A stretch of DNA of 63,642 bases, filler included, from Chiloscyllium plagiosum (GCF_004010195.1; 4 parts of one record of this genome joined end to end with filler, not necessarily neighbours in it), one strand, 5' to 3'; positions 12,547 through 25,836 are shown, counted from the whole stretch's first letter. Numbers and translations: made by a program. Notes: generated by a model from the sequence alone, not told the origin.

Positions 12547-13016
12547 ATGGGCTAATGCCCGAAACGTCGATTCTCCTGTTGCCTAGATGCTGCCTGACCT
12601 GCTGCGCTTTTCCAGCAACACATTTCCATCTCTGATCTCCAGCATCTGCAGACCTCACTTTCTCCTCAAAGATTTCAACCTACTGCGAATCCTCTTACAA
12701 GGATGCCTTCCTTGAAGGAGCTCTCTTTCTCCCTCTACAAAGGTTTCAGTGAGTCCCTCTCTCACTGCACCCCCCAGGTCATCTCCTCTGCACAGAAGCT
12801 CTTCAGACCCATTTCCGACGCCCCTCCCCCAAGTCCCTCCTCCCTATCTTTTATCTTAGCCTGCTGGACCAACTTTCCTCATTCCTGAAGAAGGGCTAAT
12901 GCCCGAAACGTCGATTCTCCTGTTCCCTAGATGCTGCCTGACCTGCTGCGCTTTTCCAGCAACACATTTCCATCTCTGATCTCCAGCATCTGCAGACCTC
13001 ACTTTCTCCTCAAAGA
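12547..13016 (+). mobile_element. PLE family B in partial-tandem (pseudo-LTR) arrangement
   Basis: Direct repeat ~12549-12672 / ~12893-13016; the second copy has a full ctgaaga..gggctaatgccc gaaacgtc motif. Confidence 0.85.
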
Positions 13017-13639
13017 CTACCACTGCACCCCCTTTATCTGCTGGCTTGATGAGAGTTGTCTTTCTTTAACATTCTTTATTAACTTTCCATCACATGAAAA
13101 GGATAAGGATGTTTTCAAAGATGTACTGCAGAACAGTTGGCCCCATCCTATCTAATTCATACACAATTTCAAAGATCTGTTCCTTATATCGATGACAAAT
13201 ACCATTGTCACTCTTCATCCATACTATCGTAATAAGGCTTCTGCAACAAATTTGTTCAGAAGTTCTTTTATTCTCCTAATGTGAGCTCATGGTAAAGTTG
13301 GAAGAATTGCTCCATAAATGAATGAAGCAACAGCTTGATACAGTAATGGATACAGTTATCCAGCCATCAGACTAATCTTTATTAACTGGGCGTAACGGGC
13401 AGTGGAGATACACAAGAGGTTGGCAAGGACAAGTGAATCTTTGGAAGGAAATTGTTCTGGGAAGTCTTCAATAATGACTCCATACCCTATTAAACTAAAT
13501 GGCTTTGGTTCAATCATTGGGAAGGAAATCTTACTGCTCCTTAACAGCTACAATCCTCCCTCGGGTGACGTATCAGTACTTGTCCATTCTGATTACAGAA
13601 GGTTGAAGAATGGAATGCAGTTGATGTTTTTACAACATA

Positions 13640-14390
13640 TTTGACAAGGTAGTATTTAAAAATCTGGCTGACAAAATTGAGGCTTATGGATTCAGAGAAC
13701 CAGTGTGCAACTGGATTTTGCAAAAATGTATCTTAAGGACAGAAACAATAAGTTGCAGTAAATGTTTTTTTTTCACAATTGTGTCCAGTTTTCCAAGGGT
13801 CAGTTCTAGAACCTTTTCTTTGCAGTAAATAATGATTTGTATCTTGAAATATTCAGAAACAGTTCAAAAGTTTCTAATTGTGCCAATCTTATAGGAGTGT
13901 CAAACAGTGGGGATGATTCATACTGTTTGCAACAGGCATAGATTGTCTAGCAGAATGGACAGGTAAATGGCACATTGAATTTAATACAGATAAGTGTGAT
14001 GTGATGAAATGCAATTTGGCAGAAGGGATAGAGAGAAGCAATGCAGACTTAATTGTACAATTCTAAGATGTGTGCAGGAATAGAGGAATGCATATTAAGG
14101 TAAGTGGATTATATTGAGAGAATGGTTAACAAAGTATATGGAAGCAAAACAAAAACAGAGGAAGAGTTCTGAGGAAGGTTCACTCGACCCGAAACGTTAA
14201 GTCTGATTTCTCTCCACAGACATTGCCAGTCCTGCTGAATATTTCTGTTTTTGTTTTGAAATTACAGCATTCACAGTTCTTTCAGTTTTTAGAAAGCATA
14301 TGGAAGCTTCTGCTTCAGAAATTGAGGCATTGAGGACCAAAGCAAGGAAATTACACTGAACCCTTAAAATTTTGATTAGGGTCAACTAGA
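13640..14390 (+). mobile_element. Decayed CR1 RT fragment
   Basis: Degenerate PQGSVL, WQxxFNxDKCxV and LIRxQLEY motifs. Confidence 0.7.
14146..14292 (+). mobile_element. PLE family C foldback mini-insertion
   Basis: 15-bp TSD aaagYatatggaagc (14131-14145, 14293-14307); short inverted arm aaaacaaaaacaga; hammerhead-like core at 14169-14198. Confidence 0.85.
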
Positions 14391-14395
14391 ATATC

Positions 14396-14676
14396 AGGTT
14401 TAGGGTGAGGGGGGAAAAGATATAAGAGACCGAGGGGACAACTTTTTCATGCAGAGGGTAGTACGTGTATGGAATGAGCTGCCAGAGGAAGTGGTGGAGG
14501 CTAGTACAATTGCAACATTTAAAAGGCATCTGGACAGGTATATGAATAGGAAGGGTTTGGAAGGATATGGGCCAGGTGCTGGCAGGTGGATCTAGATTGG
14601 GTTGGGATATCTGATCGGCATGGACGAGTTGGACTGAAAAGTCTGTTTCTATGCTGTACATCTCTTTGATTCTATA
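14396..14676 (+). mobile_element. CR1 3' end
   Basis: FFMQRVVRVWNELPEEVVEA..FKRHLDRYMNRKG plus tail. Confidence 0.9.
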
Positions 14677-14679
14677 ATA

Positions 14680-15250
14680 CTGTGGTGAGTAACTTAGCTC
14701 CTGACTCCCCAAAGCCTGACTTCTATTTACAAGGCCCCAAGTCAGGAGTGTGATGAAATTTTCCCCACCATCAGGATAGCTGCAGCTCCAACAACACCCA
14801 AAAAGCTTTACATCATCCAGGACAAAGCAGCCTGCATGTTTAGCACCACATTCCCAAGCATTCAATTCCCTTCACCACTGATGCTTAGAACAGTGTGTAC
14901 TATCTTCAAGACACAATGCAAAAATTCACCCAAGATCCTGAGAAAGCACCTTCCAAACCCATGACCGCTTCAGATGGAAGACAAGGGCAAAACATGGGAA
15001 CACCAGCACCTGCAAGTTACCCTCCAAATCACTCATCATCCTGACTTGGAAATATATTACTGTTCCTCCAGTGTCACTGGATCAAAATCCTGGAATTCCC
15101 TCCCTCAGGGTTTTGTGGGTCGACCTGCAGAAGCGGACTGACTGCAGCAGTTCAAGAAGGCTGCTCACCACTACTTTCTCACAGGCAACAAGGATGGGCA
15201 TAACACACTAGTCAACCAATGCTACCCACATTCACGAGTGAGTTTAAAAA
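14680..15250 (+). mobile_element. Second LINE family (CR1/L2-clade-like) 3' end
   Basis: IYKAPxVRSVM..AAPTTPKKLYIIQDKAA-like translation. Confidence 0.7.
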
Positions 15251-17979
15251 AACGAAATTAAATTGTGAGGAGAACACAAAGAGTTTGCAAAGAAATAACA
15301 ACAAGTGAGCAACAACATCACAGTGGAACATAATATTGATGATATTTAGTTAGTAGCAAAAGACATTTCTTAAATGGTATAAAATGGTATAGCGAGAGCA
15401 GAAATCATGCAAATAGAAGGCAATAACATGTTGACCTTTATTGCAACACATTAATCATTTGCAAATGGATTACTTATCATTTTTAGATGAAATTAAATAC
15501 TCGTTTTCCCCCATTTGATCTGCAGGCATTAACAACAGAAACTGAGTTAACATATGGAAGTTACATGGACACAGAACTCCTGCTGTAGGTTCACTGCTTC
15601 AGGACGACAATAACAAAGCAGTAGAATCCCTGCTGTATTTAGGGACAAGCACTACACTCCATGTAAAGGTCAGTTTTGAGTCCTTGTAATTTTGAGATTG
15701 ATATTTTCGAATCTACTACTCCATGTGTAACACAGTTCATACCAACTATGATTTCCCTCTTAATCCATGATTTCTATATTTATTAGAATAAAACTTATAA
15801 AAATTAAAAATTCATTAATTTTTTTGAGTCATTTGGTAAACTTGGTTATTTTGCTTTATAGTTTCCCATATAGATTGTAAATATATATACACATTTATGT
15901 TTAATCTGAAATTTACTGTTGTGCCAATATACAGAATAATTTGAGATACAGCATGTTTGGAACAGACAGGTGGCTTGAACCTACGATTTCTAATACTTTC
16001 CATCACTGGAGGTTTTCTTAGTTCATGGCTTGGTCCATTGCAGACCAAATGATAGAGAATGCAAGGATTCATCAAGAACTCAGTTGATGCTCTAGACTAG
16101 CTATCAAAAGTCATAGAAGGCAAACGAGCTGAACCTCGATCTTTTATTGCCTCGTAATTCTTAGGATTCGAGGTCATCGCCACAATTTCACCTCGTGCTT
16201 GATTTAAGTTACCTATTCTACTCGGAGAAAATACATATTACAAATACTCAAGAGGGGATTAAAAACTCCATGACATTCTAAAAAAATGTCAAAAACTTAA
16301 AAGAGAAAAAAAGACTAGTAATACCTTTGCGAGAGACAGTCGAATAGTGGACGCTTCCACACTAATACACAACTGGGTCTCTGAGACATTCAACTCCAAA
16401 ACTGTAATTAAGAAGTCCATTGCACCAATGATTAAATTACTGTTATAACTCATTAATCAATGAACCATTGAAAACGTTTGACACTTTAATAACATGTTCA
16501 ATTATTTTGAAATAAATGCAATTTCAATTCACAAGTATTTTGGATTCTGATTGTTAAAAATCAGTAACTTACTAAATATATATCTGACAAAAGTCAGCAA
16601 TAGAATTTCAAGGAACCTATGTAAAACATGAGTGTGCCACTCTCTTCAAGGTGTCAAACGCACAATGAAAGTACAAAATAAATGTACAAATTAAGATGGG
16701 AATGTTAGCAAAGGGTACAAAATAAATGATTCTAATGTCAGTTATACTTTTACAAATACAATATTTATAAAATTACTATGTTCTAGGACTTAGCTCTTTA
16801 ATTTAAGGCAAAATGGTGGAACAAAGTGATTCACATGGTTTGCTCAGGAGTCTGCTCAACAACAAGCTGAGGTGGTTTCATTGTGAAAAGTTAAAGGATG
16901 GCTTGGGCTGGTTGGAATAATGAACCAGATATTCACACCAGTTAACAACAACAGTATTATCAGTCTTAGCTGTGGGTTCTCTGAAAGCTGTGCACGCATT
17001 CAGCTGTTCAGAGGATCTATGCATACCAATCCATCGAATTCTGCATAAGGTCCACACACCCACCAAAATTAGGGAAAATAGGCTGTAGGTGGATTGTTAG
17101 TGTCCATGTACCGCAGGGAGGCATTATGAACATCAGATCGTATAAGTGGTTATAATTTAAATTGTCCAATGTAGATGTAGTTGGGGTCTGCAGGAAAGCT
17201 AACTAGTACCTGGATGCAAACTTGGCACAATTCATGTTCCCAGAAGATAAAGTAGATACAACAATTGTTTTACTGGGTTTTAGTTTTCTAAGATAACCTC
17301 AGTCTTGCATCTGATGTTTCCTTTACACATCTGCAGGATGGTGCAGCTTCCATTCCGATTTTGAGAACAGGTTTGTGAGATCTTAACAAGGCTGTAAGAT
17401 TCACCTATCTTTGTCTAGAAGAAGGAATCTCCAGGGTAACCTTCAATGTGAAAGTCAGTCCTGGAGTTAGAAGCTACCTAGTTGGGAAAAGAAAATGGAA
17501 ACAGGTCATCAGAAGCAGAAAACATCTGGATTGGTTCTGGGAGAACTGTGTCCATATAAGGGACAATGTAAAGTATGGCTGCAGCAGAAGGTAAGTAGCT
17601 TTTTTGAAAGTTAAATGGGGATAATTTTTGTATTAGAGTTTAAGTTGTCTACCAAATGATGTTAAAACAATATTGCTTTTAGTTTCTTTCAGCTGAATTT
17701 TCCCAATTTTATGGCAATGTGTCATGTCTGGGATAGCAATCTGCCATGGTTCATCTCAACTTTTCTCATCAGCTCTTCAGCTCACTAATTATGCAGTCAG
17801 CCTCCACTGTGACCAGCTCATGCAATCATAGAGCAGGAGCACTTGATGTGCTTGACGCTACTAGGACTTTGTAACCTTCATGGCAATGGGGTAATATTTA
17901 AACCCCAGCCCTAGAGTGCTTCAGACAATGCAAGCCATTACATGAAACACTGTAATGTTCAACTGATTGATATCAGTAA

Positions 17980-18200
17980 ATGGTGCAGGAAGGCCAGATT
18001 GCACATAGCGTCTCCAGAATCTTGAGAATCTGATAGATGGTGTAGTTGAAAGAAGGACAGTGTTGTTCCCTCCAAGATTGCCTGAGGAAACTGCACCATC
18101 AGAATAGCCAGCTTGGACAGAGATAGCAATCTGGGCCAATGCAACCTCCAGAGTCAAACCCAAAACACAGCAGTATTGGAAGGTTAATGATCTTCTGTGG
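17980..18200 (+). pseudogene. Myb/SANT-like DNA-binding gene relic of a PIF/Harbinger transposon
   Basis: Frame from 18021 reads LENLIDGVVERRTVLFP...PAWTEIAIWANATS...QQYWKVNDLL with one stop; fits the trihelix Myb/SANT pattern; absent from the ORF track. Confidence 0.7.
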
Positions 18201-18914
18201 CCAGAAACACAGGTCTATGCTACCTTATTCTCACAGGGCAACCATTACTCACTGCTCCTCTGACAGTCACATATCTCTCACAAAGGCTCATGCCTTACAA
18301 CTCTCACCGGCTCATGCTGTATGTCCTTTCAATGACTGTTACCTACCTCATCCTCCCAACCTTAGCTACACATGTACTTCCCACTCACTCACTGAGGTCA
18401 CATCACTACCTCTCCTGTTAATGCATCAACAGTACTGCCTCTCGCGTCTACTTCCATCATACTTGCAGCAAATATCTCTCATAACTAGGCCAAGACGGGC
18501 AGTGTAGGGACAAATATTAGGTTCCACATTTTGCATGAGCAGAAAATATTGTAGCTGGGAACTCCAAGATTGCCATGTCCAACCAAGGACATGAGTTTCA
18601 TCATACTGTGCTTTTGTCCCAGTAACTTATTCTTGGAGATGGAGACCAAGATCCAGCACACTTAAGTGTCTGCCAGATATGTGCACAGATCTGCACTCCA
18701 TCACTATAGCTACTAGTGCTCAGTATCAATAGTAGATCGAGAGGGGGGCCGAGGGACCTCAACTTTACTCCAAATGCCCTTTGTTTCAGGAAGGCAGCAT
18801 ACTGACAGCAGGACAAGCCATGCACAGCGCTCCCACTCTTGTGATACTCCAAACATACCTGGCCCCTTCACTTTCTCTTGCTGGTGTTGCTAAGGCCTGC
18901 AAGAAGTCCTAGTC

Positions 18915-19022
18915 AAGAAAATGTTCTGAGGAACGTCACTGGATCCGAAAGTTTAATTTTGATTTCTCTTCACAGATGCTGCCAAACTTGCTGAACTTTT
19001 CCAGCAACTTCTGTTTTTGTTC
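18915..19022 (+). mobile_element. PLE family C 3'-end fragment
   Basis: gttctgagga..tcactggatccgaaa..cacagatgctgcc..; flanked by tcaagaa on both sides. Confidence 0.75.
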
Positions 19023-19479
19023 AAGAAGAGTGAGTCTGACCCTGGGCAGGATACTCAGGCTAGGGCACTCTAGACTCAAATGTGCTGGGAATATTCAGCC
19101 AAGTCTTCTCAGCCACAGAGCCAACTATAAGATATGCTCCCTCTACCTTGGGTGTAGACTTTGAAATTGCATTCTGACTTAGTGGAAGGGAAAGGAAAAG
19201 AAAGAAACTTACTAAGGTGGCATGATCATTGTAAATAACATGTTCATTGATACTCTTTAAATGTCTGCTCAAATTTCTTTGTAGCTTTCAGAACTACTAA
19301 AGTCACATTCATTTGACATTTGAGCATTCTCTTCAGATATCCCAAGGATGAAATTGATTGTAATGGACAAACATTGCTCATTTCCAACAAGCTGACTACT
19401 TGACTGAGGAAGCTTCAGCATCACAGATCCCTGAGCCATCAAGTCAATGACTGCAGCCAAGGCACAGCACTTGAAGACA

Positions 19480-19960
19480 GACAACACTGAGGATACAAGC
19501 TGTGTGCAGGGATTGTGATAGGATGTGTCCTGCATTTATCATTTACTGATATACACACCCTACGAGTGAGAAATCAGAATCAACAATGATTCCACAAATC
19601 ACAGCAGACAATGTCACGATCTTTCTTTCAGCTTCTCAAGGGCAGACATTACCATTTAAGGTTGGGAAGGTGTAAATTAGAAAGATTGCATTGCCATTCT
19701 TCCTCATATATCAGCAGTTTGCTGAGAAAAGCTGTACAAAGCTTTCAGGTTAAACACTGTGCTACCAGACACTCAAGCATTTCAGTACTATTTACCAAAC
19801 TACACGAAGTGTGAAATGCTAAAGACCAACCAATGATGGCAAAGTGAAAAGGAGGCAATCCCAGGATAACTGGTGTACATCTCCAGAATCAATAACCTAT
19901 GATCACGGATAAACTGGACACAGATGAAGGGGAAGTTATTTCTGTTAACTCTGTAGGTTG
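19480..19960 (-). pseudogene. PIF/Harbinger DDE transposase relic
   Basis: ORF 19800-20036 contains VNRNNFPFICVQFIRDHRLLILEMYTSYPG, matching the HARBI1-like pattern NRKGxxSxNVQxxCDHxxxIxxxxAxYPG; a degenerate LKxRxxCL-like segment lies near 19765-19790. Confidence 0.62.
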
Positions 19961-20364
19961 GTGGCAGTGCTCTCTCAAGGCAGTCTTTCATGCTCTGCTT
20001 CTCTAAGAAGCTAGTGAGTGATTGATTTGTTCTCATTATGAGTAGAGGGAGAGGAGGTTTTAAAACGGTTTAATCAGCAGAAAATGGCATCTTTGAATTC
20101 CCAGATACATTTTGTCCCCAGTTTTTCCTTGGAATGAGCCACTGACAAAACAATTCAGGGTAGTTGGGACCTTGATGGGCATCAGGAAGGGATGGCCATT
20201 CCTTCTGAGCATAAGTCCTGCTCCGATAGAAGGCACAGATGGCTGGGACATTGTTGGTTTGTGCCTGCCTTGTGTTTTCAACAGCTATAACTAATGCTGG
20301 CCAGTATATTCGGGTTCTAGTCAATCTTCTTTGTGTTTTTTAGGGATCTTTAGCATGCTGGTTT

Positions 20365-21750
20365 ATCCTCTCGCAATTGGCCCATAGCCTTGAATGTTAT
20401 GACACAAGTGCTCATTCAAGTACATTTTAAAGGGTGCTAGATTTTCCACTTCAATTATCCTATCGAGCTTTGCAATCCAGATCACCACCACCCTCTGGGT
20501 GATAATGCTTTTCCGCAAATCCACTCTAAACCTCTTACCTTTCTCTTTACAATGATGCTCCTTGTTATTCATGCTTTGACTAACGGGAACAACTGTATTC
20601 TATTCATCCTGTCCATGTCCCTCAGTCTTGTACACCCCTCAACCTTCCCTGCTCCAAAGAAAACAACCCGAAGCTCATCTAGTCTCTCAATAGCTGAAAT
20701 GCTCTATCCCAGGCAACATCTTGGTGAATGTCCTTTGCACCCTTGCCAGTGCAATCACATCCTTGCTTTAGTGTGGTGACCAAAACTGCACATAATCCTC
20801 TAGCTGTGGCCTAACAAAAGTTCTGTATCGCTCCAACATAATCTCTTTGCTCTTATAATCTTTGCCCCAACTGATAAAAGTACCATTCCCTCTGCCTTCT
20901 AAACTACCCTACGTTCTGCTACCTTCAGGGATCTGTTAGCATCCCTGGATTGCATTTTTCCTGAGCTTCCTATTGTCTTGTCATTCATTCAGTACTCCCT
21001 TTTCCTGTTCCATCTTCCAAAGTGCATTACTTCACATCTATCAGGGTCCTCAATGTCAACCATTTAGTATATTGCTGTGTCATTCACAAGCTTGCTTATC
21101 ATTCCCCCTGTACATCATTTATGAATATCATAAATGAGGGATACAGCACTGATCCTCGTGGTACCCCAATGCACGCTGGGCTCCAGTTCCACAAAAGGGA
21201 CCCTCTTTTACCATTAAGCCAATTTTAGATCAAACTTACCAAGTTACCCTGGATTCCATACGCTTTTACTTTCTTTAGTTTTCCAGGGACCTTGGCAAAA
21301 GACTTATTGAAATTCATGTAAACTACCATCTATTTCCCCACATTCTATTATCTTCCATGACAATCTCCAGAGTAAACATTGATGCAAAATACTTGTTTAG
21401 TATCTCTCCCATTTCCTGCGGTTCCACACATAGGCTGCCTTGCTGATCTTTAGGGACGCTGTTGTCTCCCTAGTTAACCTCTTATCCTTAATGTATTTGT
21501 AAAATCCCTTTGGATTGTCCTTAGCCCTATTTGCCAAAGCTATCTCACGTCCCCTTTTTGCCCTCTTATATAAATATATATATATATATATATAGCTCCT
21601 GCATTTATACTTTTCTAAGGATTCACTCAATCTTTGCTGTCTAAACCCGACATAAGCTTCCGTCTTTTTCTTGACCAAAACCTCAATTTCTCCTGTCATC
21701 CAGCATTTCCTACATCTACCAGTCTTGCCATTCACTCGAACAGTAACATA
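20365..21750 (-). mobile_element. Decayed CR1 fragments
   Basis: ORFs 20363-20572 and 21397-21735 (KRAKRGREIALANRAKDNPKGFYKYIK). Confidence 0.8.
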
Positions 21751-21764
21751 CCCTTAGCGATTTT

Positions 21765-22575
21765 TGAAAAGATTTGTAGCTTAGGTTGATGACAATTATG
21801 TAAGTTAGCTCACTGAGCTGGAAGGTTTGTTTTCCGATGTTGCGTCATCATGACTAGGTAACATCATTGGTGCGAGTCTCTGGTGAAGCACTGGTGGTAT
21901 GTCCAGCCTCTCTACATATATGTCTTGGTTTCTTAAGGTTAATGATATCATTTCCAGTTCTGTTTTGTTTCCCAAGGGAAGGGAGATGGGATCTAAATCG
22001 ATGTGGCTATTGATGGAGTTCTGCTTAGAATGCCATGCCTCTAAGAATTATCATGTGCGTCTTTGTTTCGGCTGTCCTTGAATGTGTGTGTTGTCCGAGT
22101 CAAAGCAGTGTCCTTCTTTGTCTATGTGTATGGAAACTAGTGATAATCTTTTGGTAGCTAGTTGGTGTTCATGTATCCTGGTGGCAAGTTTCCTGCTTGT
22201 TTGTCTAATGTAGTTTATTTTTTAAACAGTTCTTGCATGATATCTTGAAAATGACGTTAGTTTTGCTGGTATTATCTAATGGAGCTTGGAGGTTCATTAG
22301 TCGCTGTTTAATGGCATTGGTAGGTTTGTGGGCTACCATAATGCCAAGGGGTCTGAGTAATCTGGAAGTCATTTCTGATAATGTCTTCGCTGTAAGGTCA
22401 TGCGGCTATAGTTTTTGGTTGCATTGTGTCTCCTTGTTTGGGTTTATTTCTGAGGAATCGATGGATTGTGTTTATTGGGTATGCGTTTTTCTTGAAAACA
22501 CTGTATAGATATTTTTCTTCTGCTGTTTGTAGTTCTTGGGTGTTGCAGTGTGATGTAGCTCATTGAAATAATGTC
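21765..22575 (-). mobile_element. Penelope-like element 3' part (GIY-YIG), same family as 2685-3245
   Basis: Collinear with 2685-3245; minus strand encodes QTSRKLATRIHEHQLAT and an NAYPINTIHRFL-like segment. Confidence 0.85.
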
Positions 22576-22584
22576 TTGATGCAT

Positions 22585-22995
22585 ACTATGTTTTCCCTGG
22601 AGCGTTGGAGGCTGAGAGGTGATCTTATAGAGATTTACAAAATTATGAGGGGCATGGATAAGATAAATAGACAAGATTTTGTCCCTGGGGTGGGGGAGTC
22701 CAGATCTACAGGGCATAAATTTAGGGTGAGAGGGGAAAGATATGAAGGAGACCTAAGGGGCAACTGTTTCACGCAGAGGGTGGTGCGGGTGTGGAATTGG
22801 CTGCCAGAGGAAGTGGTGGAGGCTAGTACAATTGCAACATTTAAAAGGCATCTAGATGGGTATATGAATAGAAAGGATTTGGAGGGATATGGGCTAGGTG
22901 CTGGCAGGTGGGACTAGACTGAGTTGGGATATCTGGTTGGCATGGACGAGTTGGAACGAAAGGTTTGTTTCCGTGCTGTGCATCTCTATGCCTCT
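22585..22995 (+). mobile_element. CR1 3' end
   Basis: ORF 22576-22917 FSLERWRLRGDLIEIYKIMRG.. Confidence 0.92.
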
Positions 22996-22997
22996 TT

Positions 22998-23203
22998 ACC
23001 TCGTTGTTATGGTTCTGTTCGCCGAGCTGGGAATTTGTGTTGCAGACGTTTCGTCCCCTGTCTAGGTGACATCCTCAGTGCTTGGGAGCCTCCTGTGAAG
23101 CGCTTCTGTGATCTTTCCTCCGGCATTTGTAGTGGTTTGAATCTGCCGCAACCGGAAGCGGCAGATTCAAACCACTACAAATGCCGGAGGAAAGATCACA
23201 GAA
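22998..23203 (-). mobile_element. Young PLE 3'-end insertion (family D) with a perfect 46-bp inverted repeat
   Basis: 23104-23149 and 23158-23203 are exact reverse complements; CpGs retained; hammerhead motif on the minus strand. Confidence 0.85.
23042..23081 (-). ncRNA. Candidate minimal type I hammerhead ribozyme
   Basis: gca-CUGAGGA-u-gucacc-uagaca-ggggac-GAAA-cg-UC-ugc: stem I gca/ugc, palindromic ACGU stem III, GUC cleavage triplet. Confidence 0.75.
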
Positions 23204-24355
23204 AGATCAAGTGCTCCCACACTGACACCTCAGTCATGTGCCCTGAAAAATTTCCCAAGAGTAGGTCAAGTTTTGCACCTTCTCTAGTACATGCATCCAC
23301 TTACTGAATCAGAAAATGTTCTTGTACACACTTAACAAATTTCTTTCCTTCTAAATCCTTAATACTATTGCAGTCCCAGTCAATATGTGTAAAGTTAAAA
23401 TCCCCTACCATTACCGCCCTATATTCTCACAGATAACAGAGATCTCCTTCCAAATTTGTTTCTCAATTTCTCATTGACTATTGGGGAATATTTGTACAAT
23501 CCCCAATAAGGTGATCATCCCTTTCATATTTTTCAGTTCCATCCAAATAACTTCCGTGGACATATTCCCAGGAATATGCTCCCCAAGTACAGCCTCAATG
23601 CTATTTCGTGCCAAAAACGCCATACGCCCTCCTCTCTTGACTCCACACCCCCTGACCCTTCTTTCTTTCCGATAGCATTTACATCCTGGAACATTAAGCT
23701 GTCAGTCCTGAGCCATGTTTCTGAAATTGCTATAAAATCCCAGTCTCATGTTGCTAACCATGTCCTGAGTTCATCTGCCTTCTCTGTTCAGCCTCATGCA
23801 GTTTAATTTATCAGTCCTTCCTCACTCTGTTTTGTCCCTGTCTGCCCTGACTGTTTGACTTGCTCCTTTTCTCAACTGTACCAGCCTCAGAATGTTCTCT
23901 TTCCTCACTGTCCCTCTGGGTCTTACTCCTCCACCTTATTTGTTTAAATCCTCCCGAACAGTTCCAGCATATCTCCCTGCTCGTATATTAGTCTCCTTCC
24001 AATTCAGGTGCAATCTGTCCTTCTTATACTGGTCACCTCTTACCCCAGAAGAGATTCCAATGATCCAAAAACATGAAGCTTTCTCGTCTGCACCAGCTCT
24101 TCAGGCACACATTCATCTGCTCTATTCTCCTACTGTTACCCTCACTAGCTCGTAGCACTGGCAGTAATCCAGATATTTACACCCTTGAGGACCTCTTTCT
24201 TAAATTCCTGCCTAACGTCCCATATTGTTCCTTCAGAATCCAACCTTTTGCCTTCCTATGTCATTAGTTCTAACGTGTACAATGACTTCCTGCTGGTCCC
24301 TCTCCCCTTTGAGAATATTCTGCACTCTTTCCGAAATATTCTTGATTCTGGCACC
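23204..24355 (-). mobile_element. CR1 5' region: ORF1 esterase-like end and ORF2 endonuclease start, decayed
   Basis: Minus strand FMFLDHWNLFWG (SGNH-like ORF1); APE-like ISETW and GDFNF motifs. Confidence 0.8.
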
Positions 24356-24967
24356 ATGGACATCTTTGTGTCATGAAGCAGTGCCATCCAGCTTCCTAGG
24401 AAAGTAAGCAAAAAAATGCAGAAGTGGCAACATTAACTATTAATGAGATGCAAATGCATGGAAACTAATTGCTTCTCTTCATAAATTTCAGAAGTCACCA
24501 TTCCACTTTAAGGGGAACAAAATCCTCAACATCAGAAATTTGATTTTTTTTCATTCTCATTATATTTTTCCAACATTTTTTGCCATTGCTGAAATTGCTC
24601 AAAGCCTACCTGAAGTTTAGAAAAAGTCTTATAACTCAAAATCTTGGTGTATGACCCCACCTATCAGTCATTACAATTTTGATTTTTTTTTAAATCAGAA
24701 GTTATTGCTGTCTTAGGAGACTGTAATACATATTACCCAATTTTCTTAACCACTGAGCTCTATGGAAAGAAAGAAAATCAAACAGGTGAAATAGTGCATT
24801 GATTGAATATTACTGCACATTTTACTTCCTAACATGGTGCAAGTTCCAACTAAAATGCTTTAAGTGTCATCGCCTACTACTTAGCTTTAAATGTTCTTTT
24901 TGTAAAGAATGCTTTCCAAGGGCATAGAACATGTCTGAAGTGTGTCTGAAGTGAACTTCACCAGGAC

Positions 24968-25080
24968 TCTTGCCCATAACATCAATTTTCCTGTTCCTCA
25001 GATGCTGCCTGACCTGCTATGCTTTTCCAGCATCACACTCTCGACTCTGATCTCCAGCATCTGCAGTCCTCACTTTCTCC
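24968..25080 (+). mobile_element. PLE family B 3'-end fragment
   Basis: gatgctgcctgacctgct..tctgatctccagcatctgcagtcctcactttctcc. Confidence 0.8.
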
Positions 25081-25086
25081 CACTCT

Positions 25087-25198
25087 TGTGGTGCTGTAGT
25101 AGTGTCTCTACCTCTATACCAGGAGGCCCAATTTCAAGTCTCACCTATTCCAGAGCTGTGTTACAACATCGCTGTACAGGATGATTTGAAAATATCTA
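25087..25198 (+). mobile_element. Degenerate tRNA-derived SINE head
   Basis: A-box-like gtggtgctgtagt and B-box-like ttcaagtc at tRNA-like spacing. Confidence 0.45.
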
Positions 25199-25836
25199 CA
25201 TGTTCAAATAAGCCATAAATGAGCTGATTGCACAGTTTAATGGGGCATCAGTTTCAAAGATGCCTGATGGGTACAGATTCTTTGCAGCAGTCTATATAAT
25301 CCTGTAGAATACTGGGTTTAACTCATTTTGATCTTGAAGTTTTAACAAAGTTGATTTTTTTCCAAGGTTCCAAGACCTGAATATACAGCATTGTTCAACA
25401 CTATCCATTCTGAGATTAGGTTGCAAATAATTTTTACTTGCTCAAAAGTTTCCATATTAACTATTTGACTCACCAACTGCATTCTGTTTTGCTGCTTTGC
25501 TCAAAAAATCTTTCCCTTATTTACAAACAAAAAACAATTATTGCACTTGCACAAAAAAACAGCATCAGTACATTCTATAAAGTGTGTTTTCTTGTCAATT
25601 GTTTTACTGAAAATTATTACCATCAATGCACATTTGTTTTTGATCACCACAATGCTATTCAAACATAAATTTTCACAGTTACAAGCTAGTTTCAGAACAA
25701 AAGTAGATGTTGCATGCCATTTTGGCACTATTAAATTTGTAATTCTGGTCTGTCTCCGAATCTGAGCTGAGTATAACTAATATGGCAAACTTAACAGCTT
25801 TCTTCCCTTCTTACATTCACTTCACTGATAGAAACA

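Noticed and set aside
20181..20207. Short imperfect hairpin tcaggaagggatggccattccttctga
   Set aside because: Isolated, with no second copy or TSD seen; compatible with chance.
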